A stretch of 64,000 nt of DNA. Origin: a virus. The number at the start of each line of letters is the position of its first letter. Positions within the stretch are counted from its first letter, which is position 1. Both the position numbers and the translations under genes were made by a program. The DNA lies in the IMG/VR virus record IMGVR_UViG_3300042013_000061, positions 1 to 64,000 of that record; one strand, written 5' to 3'. Below, one piece after another: positions 47,088 through 55,437 of this stretch. The notes under the pieces are model-generated. The model was not told the DNA's origin. It ran no database searches and worked only from the letters and a program-made list of their open reading frames with translations.

Positions 47088-48173
47088 TTAGACCAGACGC
47101 TTACCTTTGGCGATAGAACGGTTGTTCGCGAGTACAAACGAGAACATTTCGCTCAGCAACCAGCCTTTCGAAGTGGAACCTTCGTAGGCGCCGTCAACCG
47201 GAGTCGAACGGATGCCGCCACGGGTGGAGTATGCAGCGTGGTTTTGTGCATCGGAGACGATGTAAATTTCGCCTTTTTCCAGAACCTTTTGGTTCGGCTG
47301 ACGGAATGCGTCAGTAACCAGATTCAGACCGACCAGAGTACCGAGTTGACCATTCAGGGCCAGATCGTATTTGGTAATCGGATCGAGGAAAGTTGCGAAA
47401 TCGTTCGAACCGATAATGTCCGACCAGTAATCGTTCGCGATGATTGCGGTAGTTGCTGGCAGGTTCCATTGAGCAACGGCTTGACGCAGTTTACCCAAGT
47501 TTTTCGTGGTCAGTTCGCCAGCGATGTATTCCAGCGGGTTCATCATGCCGACGGTGGCGTCAGCAGCTTTTTTCCACAGGCGGTCTTCTTGAACCATGAT
47601 GGCTTGCAGCGCATCATTGTAAGCGTGTTCCAGCAGGTCGCCGTTTACTTGTTCCATGTCCAGAGCGGAAACACGAACGTTCGCGATGATTTCGAATTCC
47701 GCAGGTTGGAAAGTGCGGTTACGAATTTGCTGATAACCAACACCAGCAGGGCCGGTGGCGATTACAGCCATTGCATCGTGCGGAGGCATTGGAACGCGTT
47801 GAACTTCGCCGGTGCGCAGGGTATTGCCTACGGAAACTTTACGCAGGAAACCGTCGCGGTCTGCCTGTTCGTAAACTTGTTGTGCGATGTTCGCGCCCAG
47901 TGCTTTCCAGTTGGCGTCGGACGAAAGAGCGTCAGCCAGAATTTCGCGATGCGAAGCGATAACTTCCGGTTGTTTTTCTTGAACGATGGTGCCCGAAGCA
48001 AACGCTTCCATGAACAGACCGACTTGGCGAGCCAAATCTTTTTTGTCATGGGCGTTGAATTCGCCGGTCGTGGAACTCAGAGCAAGTTCCTGACCTTTTT
48101 TGTAGCGCAGTTCTTCGAGCGGGTTGCCGTTGGCCAGAACCATACGAGCGTTTTTGAATTGTTTAGCAGACAT
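47088..48173 (-). CDS. Major capsid protein
   Basis: 361 aa; position after protease/scaffold/decoration; HK97-like pattern (AIMVQEDRLW, G.LG...G); strong codon bias. Confidence 0.85.
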   Translation of the reverse strand: MSAKQFKNARMVLANGNPLEELRYKKGQELALSSTTGEFNAHDKKDLARQVGLFMEAFASGTIVQEKQPEVIASHREILADALSSDANWKALGANIAQQVYEQADRDGFLRKVSVGNTLRTGEVQRVPMPPHDAMAVIATGPAGVGYQQIRNRTFQPAEFEIIANVRVSALDMEQVNGDLLEHAYNDALQAIMVQEDRLWKKAADATVGMMNPLEYIAGELTTKNLGKLRQAVAQWNLPATTAIIANDYWSDIIGSNDFATFLDPITKYDLALNGQLGTLVGLNLVTDAFRQPNQKVLEKGEIYIVSDAQNHAAYSTRGGIRSTPVDGAYEGSTSKGWLLSEMFSFVLANNRSIAKGKRLV

Positions 48174-48220
48174 GGGTAAATCTCCAGAATTGTTCTCGAT
48201 TTTTTCTTTTAATCGAAAGA

Positions 48221-48958
48221 TTAGGCGTTGGTTACTTTAACAACCAGCGGGCCGTAGGAAGCAGCGTCAGCAACAGGGGTCTGCATGACGATGACGTTTT
48301 CCAACAGAGTACCGGTGCCCGAAGCAGTCAGACGACCATCAACACCCAGTTTCGGGTGAATCACAGCAGCCCAATCGGAACTGGCGTCGTAGAAAGTGGT
48401 AGCCAACGATTCAGCGCGAGTGGTAACGCCGATGCGTTCTTGTTCGGTCGAAGCCAAGCCGCCGATTTGCAGATCGCCCAGTACGGTGCGAGCTTCGGAA
48501 ACGGTTGGTTCGTACATGAATTGAACGAACAATTCTTTACCGTTGTCACCGGCAACAGCCGGGTTTGCGCCTTCGGCTGGAGTGCCGAGGAAGAAATACA
48601 GTTTGGTGCCGACCAGTTGCACGTTGCCTTCGGTTGGAGCGTTGGCAGTAATCGACAGAGTGTCGCCGCCAACTTGAACCAGAATTTGACCGGTGATTGG
48701 CTGGCGAGCCAGATCAACAACGCCGCTTTCTGGAACAACAACGCCGGAAACGATTTTCGGCAGGAAAGAAGGCGGGGAATTTCGGTTCAGTGCGAAACCG
48801 GCGAAGATTTCACCGTTGGCACCAGTCGAAGGACGAACATACGAACGACCATTTACTTTCGACCAAACCAGAGCAACGCCTTCTTCTTGAATGACGATAC
48901 CCGGCTCTACGTCGCGGTGTTCAGTGTTGAAAGTACGAGTGTATTTTTGAACGAGCAT
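48221..48958 (-). CDS. Capsid decoration/cement protein (putative)
   Basis: Between scaffold and capsid; EEGVALV...FAGFA. Confidence 0.65.
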   Translation of the reverse strand: MLVQKYTRTFNTEHRDVEPGIVIQEEGVALVWSKVNGRSYVRPSTGANGEIFAGFALNRNSPPSFLPKIVSGVVVPESGVVDLARQPITGQILVQVGGDTLSITANAPTEGNVQLVGTKLYFFLGTPAEGANPAVAGDNGKELFVQFMYEPTVSEARTVLGDLQIGGLASTEQERIGVTTRAESLATTFYDASSDWAAVIHPKLGVDGRLTASGTGTLLENVIVMQTPVADAASYGPLVVKVTNA

Positions 48959-48973
48959 GGAATTTCTCCAATT

Positions 48974-50872
48974 TTAATTGAATTTCAGACCGGCGAGTTT
49001 GGTCTGGAAAGAAGAAGGTTCGGCAGACTGTGCGGACGCAGTAGCTTCGAAACCTTGTGGCTTTTGTTGCACTTGTTGCGGACGTTCAACAGGGCGACCA
49101 ACGCTCAGCGAAGAAGCGGTGGCAACGTTCACTGGCTCAACGTCCATAACAGCTTGGGCCAGTTGGTTTTGCACAGTCAGATCGTATTTCAGAATTTCGC
49201 TGGCTTTTGCAATGATTTGTTTGTTGTAAGCATCGGAATGCTCACCGAACGCACGTTGCAGAAGTTCATCGCCGCCTTCGATGCCGAGGTCTTCAAGCGT
49301 CGAAGCAATGGCGATACGAATTGGGTTTTTCAGGTCTTTGAAGAAACCGCCGTTAACGCCTTGTGCGGCGGTAGCGAGTGCAGCTTCGAAACGACCGGCG
49401 TATTCGTTACCGTCACGCGAAGCAGCTTCTGCAATATTTGCAGTTTGTTCGCTAACTTGAGTGGCGATACTTGCAGCCACAACAGCGTCAACCGAAACAA
49501 CCGGTTTAATTTCTTCGAAACGCAGTTGTTCCATTGCAGCAGGCACACCCTGTTCGGATGCGATTGCTTTAAATGCGCGACCAAAATGCGCATCGGCAAA
49601 AGTAGCTGGATTTTCAGCAGCAGAAGCGATTGCTTTTGCGAACGGAATACCGTTGTTGAATGCCAGCCAAGTAGGCTCGCCCGCGATAGTGCCAGCGAAG
49701 GCAACTTCAACGTCTTTCATGTCGTTCGAAGCAATGGCAACGAAAGAAGCAGTGATTTCCACTTTTTCTGGCTCCACGGCAGCGGCGGCAGCAGTAGCCA
49801 CTTCTGGTTTTTCCTGAGAACCGATTTCTGCATTTTGTTCGCCAGTAGCGACAGCAGAAGCGGTAGCAACTTCAGGGGTTTTTGCGACTTTTTGTTTGCG
49901 ACGAACGCCACCTTTTTTCTTGGTGTCAGAAGCGAGCGAAAGCGACAAATCTTCATCGTCGTCTTCTTCATCTTCTTCCTCTTCCTCTTCGGTGTCGTCG
50001 TCTTCCTCTTCCTCTTCTTCGTCTTCCTCTTCGTCTTCGGTGTCGTCTTCTTCCTCTTCTTCCTCTTCGAAATCATCGTCGGAGAAATCATCGGAAGCAA
50101 CTGCTTTTTCCTGTTCCGACATTACGTCAGAAGGATCAATCAGACCGCTCGAAGTTGCAGGGCAGAAAATCGGAGAAGCATCACTGCAAACAATGTGCAG
50201 TTGACCGTTTTCTTCGGTGGAAGCGGCAGTAGTCAGGTAATGTGCTTTTACTTGACCATTTTCCGATGCAACAGCAATTTGCGGAACGTATTCAGCAACT
50301 GCGGTGGCTTCGGTGCCTTTGTAAATGTCGAAATTCAGTGGCTGGTTAGAAATAACCATCACATCATCGCATTGTGCGGCGAAGGTTTCGCACGCGCCGG
50401 TAGCCAGTGCGCGATAGGCTTGTGCAGCACCTTTACGCGAACTTGCAACAGCGAGCAGAATTTCCTTAACCGGTTTGGTTTGATTGGTTTTCAAGTCGGT
50501 GTCTTCCATTTGTGGTAACGCGGAAGCGCAGGACGGGCAATTTTGCAGAAGCTCTTCGCTATCCGCAAACACGTGAGAACCGCAACCCGAAGCACAAGCT
50601 TGATAAAACGCGTCCAAATCGCCATCGGCGGAAGCGGTCGCAACCATTTCGTGTTTTTCGTCTTCTGGAACAGCGACCATTTCTTCCCCATTAAGAGGAT
50701 TCAAAAGCTGCATGCCAACAGTTTGTGCAGTAGCAATAGCGAATTCGCCATCTTTACTTTCCAATACCTGATAGCTACCAGAAGCAACGGCACGGAAATG
50801 ATCCATTGCTTGTTCTTGAGTGTCGGCTGCCACGACGATCCCACGTAGGCGCGAGGTTCGTTTAATAGACAT
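48974..50872 (-). CDS. Prohead scaffold/core protein (putative)
   Basis: Ala-rich, long D/E tract, duplicated Cys-containing N-terminal module; start reassigned to MSIKRT. Confidence 0.7.
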   Translation of the reverse strand: MSIKRTSRLRGIVVAADTQEQAMDHFRAVASGSYQVLESKDGEFAIATAQTVGMQLLNPLNGEEMVAVPEDEKHEMVATASADGDLDAFYQACASGCGSHVFADSEELLQNCPSCASALPQMEDTDLKTNQTKPVKEILLAVASSRKGAAQAYRALATGACETFAAQCDDVMVISNQPLNFDIYKGTEATAVAEYVPQIAVASENGQVKAHYLTTAASTEENGQLHIVCSDASPIFCPATSSGLIDPSDVMSEQEKAVASDDFSDDDFEEEEEEEDDTEDEEEDEEEEEEDDDTEEEEEEDEEDDDEDLSLSLASDTKKKGGVRRKQKVAKTPEVATASAVATGEQNAEIGSQEKPEVATAAAAAVEPEKVEITASFVAIASNDMKDVEVAFAGTIAGEPTWLAFNNGIPFAKAIASAAENPATFADAHFGRAFKAIASEQGVPAAMEQLRFEEIKPVVSVDAVVAASIATQVSEQTANIAEAASRDGNEYAGRFEAALATAAQGVNGGFFKDLKNPIRIAIASTLEDLGIEGGDELLQRAFGEHSDAYNKQIIAKASEILKYDLTVQNQLAQAVMDVEPVNVATASSLSVGRPVERPQQVQQKPQGFEATASAQSAEPSSFQTKLAGLKFN

Positions 50873-50933
50873 GGTTAGCTCCCATAAGAGGCGTGGAATC
50901 AAACCCACATTAAAAAATTAACAAAAACAGTTT

Positions 50934-51296
50934 TTAGATCAGTTTCAGAACGAAGCCGCGAACCTTTCGGCAAATGGCTTGGACACTGGAGTGAACCGTA
51001 CTGCCTTCATAGTTGATTACTTCGCCATTAATGTTTGTTTCACCTCTATATTGCCAATCGTTTTCGCCACGAACAAAGGCAATATATCCGGTGCCCATAT
51101 CTGAAACGAAATCAATCTGTGCGCTATGGTGAGGCTTGCCCGCTCCAACGTGATCGTATTCAATCTCGTATTTAAGCATTCCCTTTCGAATCTCGGGAAT
51201 GTCGGAAATGTGTGACTTCAGATTGCGTAAATCAAAGCTTTGCGGCAGGTGCATACTGGTTAATGGCGAGGCTGCTAAAGCAATTTGAACATCCAT
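50934..51296 (-). CDS. Putative head protein
   Basis: AGGAG RBS; late motif upstream; N-terminal IALAAS. Confidence 0.7.
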   Translation of the reverse strand: MDVQIALAASPLTSMHLPQSFDLRNLKSHISDIPEIRKGMLKYEIEYDHVGAGKPHHSAQIDFVSDMGTGYIAFVRGENDWQYRGETNINGEVINYEGSTVHSSVQAICRKVRGFVLKLI

Positions 51297-51323
51297 ATAG
51301 CAGACTCCTAAACGCTACAGTTA

Positions 51324-51330
51324 TAAATTA
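51324..51330 (-). promoter_or_regulatory. Putative late promoter TAATTTA
   Basis: Just after terminator. Confidence 0.6.
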
Positions 51331-51351
51331 GCCCAAACAGAAATGCGGGCC

Positions 51352-51440
51352 AAAAAAAAGCCCTAACCGGCGGGGGAACCGGGAAGGGCTTAAAGTGGTA
51401 AAACACATATGGAGCGAATCAGCCTACCCTAGTAAGCTAA
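51352..51440 (-). ncRNA. Candidate late small RNA
   Basis: TAATTTA at 51444-51450, 5' hairpin TAGCTTAC-TAGG-GTAGGCTG, linker, terminator AAGCCCT...AGGGCTTTTTTTT; no RBS-led ORF. Confidence 0.45.
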
Positions 51441-51490
51441 TATTAAATTAGGGAGTTTTTACATTCCCTATTTGAAAGGGTTAATGCTTT

Positions 51491-51535
51491 TTAAACCCAT
51501 TCTTCTTCGTTAGTTACAACGGCGAATGCGTTCAT
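51491..51535 (-). CDS. 14-aa mini-ORF MNAFAVVTNEEEWV
   Basis: AAGGAATAAACA-ATG directly after protease stop. Confidence 0.4.
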   Translation of the reverse strand: MNAFAVVTNEEEWV

Positions 51536-51547
51536 TGTTTATTCCTT

Positions 51548-52363
51548 TTAAATGAGCAATCCTTTTGGATCGAGAATGGTATCGCCAATAGCGGAAACAT
51601 AAGACGGATCGCCATAACCCGAACGATAACCGTCTACGCCAGAACGACCACCAATGTTTTCCAGCAATGACAATTCAAAGCCGGTAATGTTTTCACAGCG
51701 GCGATAAGCCAAACGACCATCCAACAGTTTGTACGTTGGTTTGCGTGGGCGTGTATGACTGCAAGGAGAACCAATTCCTTTACCCGCTTGATGCGAACAA
51801 ATGGAACATTTATAAGCACTGTAATACATGCCCATCGAATAAGTGTTCAATTCACGTTTCAATACACGTGCAATTCGCACCGGGTCGCGGGTACGATCCA
51901 TTGCCGCCAGCATTACCAGTTTTTGCACACCGGGAAACGGCGTAGGGCGCATATAAGTACCGAGGATTAATCCACGTACCCATTCCGGTTTGTGCTGGTG
52001 TTCAACATACATCGGGGCGCCTTCCCACGTTTTGTATGCCATTTGTTTTTGGTCTGGATTCCAACGCAGAAATTCCTGCAAAGAAACCGAATCCCCGTTT
52101 GTATTGGGAATATCGGTAATCATTGCAGGAACAGGAACCAGAATATAATCGTTAATATCCTTGGACAAACCGTGATAAGCAGCAGCACGTGGAAGCCAGA
52201 TATTCGATTGAAGCGTTTGCATTTCGCCCGTGCCGGATGCAGTCGGGCCAACGGTAATAGAACCATCACCGTTCTTTGTAATTCCGTGCAATTCAGTAGG
52301 CGCTAAAGGCGTGCCCATGCTGAATGCTGTAGCTTCGAAATGTTCGTCGTGTTCGCCTTCCAT
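51548..52363 (-). CDS. Prohead maturation protease (with CxxC...CxH insert)
   Basis: PN.NGD, P.YVEH, YSMG, FELS, DP motifs; synteny; start reassigned to MEGEHD. Confidence 0.75.
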   Translation of the reverse strand: MEGEHDEHFEATAFSMGTPLAPTELHGITKNGDGSITVGPTASGTGEMQTLQSNIWLPRAAAYHGLSKDINDYILVPVPAMITDIPNTNGDSVSLQEFLRWNPDQKQMAYKTWEGAPMYVEHQHKPEWVRGLILGTYMRPTPFPGVQKLVMLAAMDRTRDPVRIARVLKRELNTYSMGMYYSAYKCSICSHQAGKGIGSPCSHTRPRKPTYKLLDGRLAYRRCENITGFELSLLENIGGRSGVDGYRSGYGDPSYVSAIGDTILDPKGLLI

Positions 52364-52695
52364 TATTTGCCTCCAGTGTAGTGATCGCGCACCCATTGGC
52401 GGGCATCAGAAATAGACAATTGATTCGGGTTTTTAAGCGACAACAATCCCTCCTCACTTTGCGCAACATGAACGTTCGGATTTTCTTCGTCGTATTCATG
52501 ATCGTGCATAAATGGATCGAATTGTTTATGGTGGAGTTTCGCAGTCCACATCGCCGTGGTTTGAGAGCGATCAACGCTTTCGTCATCCACGGCGGATATG
52601 GTGGCAATGCGTTTTTCTCCGTCGCAAACCCAAACATTTGACCGTTGGTGCATTGGCAAATGTCTTTCTTCCGGGTCAGCAAGAAAAGTCAGCAT
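52363..52695 (-). CDS. Hypothetical protein
   Basis: Start reassigned to MLTFLA, GAGG RBS. Confidence 0.7.
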   Translation of the reverse strand: MLTFLADPEERHLPMHQRSNVWVCDGEKRIATISAVDDESVDRSQTTAMWTAKLHHKQFDPFMHDHEYDEENPNVHVAQSEEGLLSLKNPNQLSISDARQWVRDHYTGGK

Positions 52696-52702
52696 AAATA
52701 CC

Positions 52703-54034
52703 TCAGTCGATAGTGTTGTAATCGAAATCGCCGTCGTAACGAATGTAATAACGATTGTCCACACTGCCGATGCTAGCTTGCGCATTATCGTTTTCGAAAT
52801 GATAAACGGTGCGTTCGCCATCAGAGGTAATGCTCGGCACGTATTGCATGCCATTGAACAGCTTTTGCAGCGCGGTAATTCCCCCGTTGCAATCGAACAC
52901 CATGCCGTCACCACATTTTTCGTAGTTTTCACACTGTGCAAGATTGAGCAGATATTTCAGGGTTTCAACAGCGCTATCGGATGCAGATGCAAACATTTCG
53001 TCACGACTTAATTGGAAATCACGTGCGGAATGATATTGCAGAATATCCGACACCTGATCTACGATTAAATTAATGGTATCGGAATGATCGTCTTCACCAT
53101 CGAACGCAGATGCAGCAGCTTTGTAACCTTTCTTCGATTCAGCATCTTTGCGCTTCTGCACACGTGCATGAATTTCGTCGTCGGTTTCTTTCTTGCCGCC
53201 GAATACATCATCATCGTCTTCAACGCCTGCGGCTTCGCGTGATTCTTTGCGTTCTTTCTGACGTTTTTTCTCACGCAAACGACGCAATTCATCAACGTCA
53301 TCACGCAAGTTTTTACCGTGTTTGCTACCGGCCCACATATCGAACATTACTTTGCCGACAAGTACGCCCAACGGTGCCGCCGCCATACTGCACGCCATGA
53401 TCCCGGCGCCGAACAATGCCATTGTCGCAACACTTGCCAGCACCTTTTGCATTGCATGCTTTTCAGTGGTGCGCATTTCATCCGGCTTTTTCTCGCCGCG
53501 CATGAGGTCTTTAACAGCAGCCAAACCTTTCTTGAACATTACCGGTTGTTTCTGCGCTTGTGCCTGTACGACAGTAGCGATTTCGGTTTTGTTCTTTTTA
53601 ATCGTGTCACTGGCTTCGCGCAGATGTTCGTCTTTTACCTGACTCAACGCCGACAGACTTTGCGGATTAATTACCGCTACGTTTGCTTTGTTGTAATCAG
53701 CGATATCACGCCGCACTTTTGCAACTTCCATGCGCTTTGCGTGAATCTCTTTTGTAGAAGGGAAACGGTCGCCGCCATGCACAACAACTTCGTTTTTCTT
53801 TGTAGGCATTTTCGGTACAAATGCACCGTTGAAATCGTCCGCTTTTTCTTTCGTATCACCACCCATGAGAAAGCGGTGACTGGAATGCGGATAAAGTTTA
53901 ATGTAGCGCTCACGTGCTGGTTTCGACAGCTTCAGAAATTCGCCTTTACTCAGGCGTTTCCGCCATTGCGACATATCTTTAACTGGCGCATCCCCATCGT
54001 CATCTTTGAACGCCCACGCTAGAGAGATATACAT
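52703..54034 (-). CDS. Putative internal head protein with hydrophobic hairpin
   Basis: Start MYISLAW; ..LSK..RERYIKLYPHS motif; hydrophobic segment ~53360-53440. Confidence 0.65.
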   Translation of the reverse strand: MYISLAWAFKDDDGDAPVKDMSQWRKRLSKGEFLKLSKPARERYIKLYPHSSHRFLMGGDTKEKADDFNGAFVPKMPTKKNEVVVHGGDRFPSTKEIHAKRMEVAKVRRDIADYNKANVAVINPQSLSALSQVKDEHLREASDTIKKNKTEIATVVQAQAQKQPVMFKKGLAAVKDLMRGEKKPDEMRTTEKHAMQKVLASVATMALFGAGIMACSMAAAPLGVLVGKVMFDMWAGSKHGKNLRDDVDELRRLREKKRQKERKESREAAGVEDDDDVFGGKKETDDEIHARVQKRKDAESKKGYKAAASAFDGEDDHSDTINLIVDQVSDILQYHSARDFQLSRDEMFASASDSAVETLKYLLNLAQCENYEKCGDGMVFDCNGGITALQKLFNGMQYVPSITSDGERTVYHFENDNAQASIGSVDNRYYIRYDGDFDYNTID

Positions 54035-55106
54035 AGAGAGCTTCCTGTACCGCCCGGTCGAGAATGGCGATATCGTTTTCGATGTTTTGTGGAAGGTTTC
54101 CATCCGCGTACATTCGCAACAAAATGTCTTTTTGTTCCTGTGCAGCGCGAAGGTTGCCGGTCTGCTGATAGCACGCCATCAACATGTGATTGCACCACGA
54201 ACCGTGGTAATACTTATCCGAATAAATCATGTCATATGTTGGACGTTCAACCAACATGGCGGAACGCACATACGCAATGCAGTGTTCATACTGTTTGTGG
54301 TAGAAATAAAAGTCCGCCAATTCACAATATGGTTCGCGAATATTGTTGCAGTGTTGCACGGCCTGACGGAACCACCATTCGGCTACTTCGTAATCGCTAG
54401 CCATTTGGGCAACCCGGCGCGCACTCTCCGAACGGAAAGGTGCATAGGTTTCGATTTCCATGTGTTGCTTGTACAGCATGTCGGCCATTGCGTAATTCTG
54501 AAGCGCGTAATATTCCCGCGCCAGATACTGCACACTACGCGCATCATTCGGGTTTTCGTCGTAAGCCACTTTCAACAGGTCGAGATAATGACCAGCGGCT
54601 TTAGGCGTTCCGTAATGCACGCAATAGAACGGCAGAGTTACCGCTTTTTTCTCTTCACGTGGAACGCAAAGTTCATGCACAGGGTATTGCCATGTAACGC
54701 TATCACGACGGTGAACGGCCAGACGCGGATAGGACATGCGAACATTTCCTACATCGTCGAAATCGTAAACCAGCGTGTAATTCGCAACGTCCATTTCTTC
54801 CGTGAAATTCTCTTCAATTGCTTTGCGCCAATCAGGCCCGAGGCGTTCGTCGAAATCCATAGAAACACAAACGTCGAAATCATCAGGAACCCACGAAAGC
54901 GCTTCGTTGCGGGCACGGTCGAATCGGAACGTTTTAGAAGTGTGCATTTGTTTAACATTTGCACCACCTTCCAGAAGCAGGCGCACGGTATCGTCTTTAC
55001 TCCCGGTGTCGAGAACAAAAATACCGTCTGCATCTTTGATATTTTCCAACCAGTCCGCAACGTTGTGTTGCTCGCCTTTCGCAATAGCGTACACGGCAAT
55101 TTTCAT
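54000..55106 (-). CDS. Family 2 glycosyltransferase with C-terminal TPRs
   Basis: KIAVYAIAK.E, VLDTGS.D.T, FDRARNEAL, DFDE, VHE; YLAREY TPR helices. Confidence 0.9.
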   Translation of the reverse strand: MKIAVYAIAKGEQHNVADWLENIKDADGIFVLDTGSKDDTVRLLLEGGANVKQMHTSKTFRFDRARNEALSWVPDDFDVCVSMDFDERLGPDWRKAIEENFTEEMDVANYTLVYDFDDVGNVRMSYPRLAVHRRDSVTWQYPVHELCVPREEKKAVTLPFYCVHYGTPKAAGHYLDLLKVAYDENPNDARSVQYLAREYYALQNYAMADMLYKQHMEIETYAPFRSESARRVAQMASDYEVAEWWFRQAVQHCNNIREPYCELADFYFYHKQYEHCIAYVRSAMLVERPTYDMIYSDKYYHGSWCNHMLMACYQQTGNLRAAQEQKDILLRMYADGNLPQNIENDIAILDRAVQEALYVYLSSVGVQR

Positions 55107-55110
55107 GTGA

Positions 55111-55434
55111 TTAAGCTCGCTTTTCTTCGTCAAGTACAACAACAGATTTCAGTACGCTGTCGATCAGTTCCAGCGCGCCATCGTCAGTAGCGGCGGCAGT
55201 CAATTGACGCGGCCATTGAACCTTTTGGTAATGGCTGTCCGATTTAACATCGGAGATTCGCCACACGTCAGTCATTTCAAGTGTTACAACTGCCAAACCT
55301 ACGCGCCCGCCATAAACCATGACGGAAACGCGTGAGGGACAATCTTGTTTTTCGTGATGCTCCACGATCTTCACGTCTTGTTTCAGGCGACGTGTGTGAA
55401 TTAAGTCGTGTACAAGTGTTGTGATATTTGGCAT
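55111..55434 (-). CDS. Hypothetical protein
   Basis: ORF packing. Confidence 0.7.
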   Translation of the reverse strand: MPNITTLVHDLIHTRRLKQDVKIVEHHEKQDCPSRVSVMVYGGRVGLAVVTLEMTDVWRISDVKSDSHYQKVQWPRQLTAAATDDGALELIDSVLKSVVVLDEEKRA

Positions 55435-55437
55435 GGG

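Noticed and set aside
49950-50100. TCT/TCG-rich low-complexity tract
   Set aside because: Coding poly-Glu/Asp segment of the scaffold, not a separate repeat element.
48356-50518. 720-aa plus-strand ORF and poly-Ser ORF 49896..50204
   Set aside because: Antisense to the scaffold; poly-Ser is the complement of the D/E tract.
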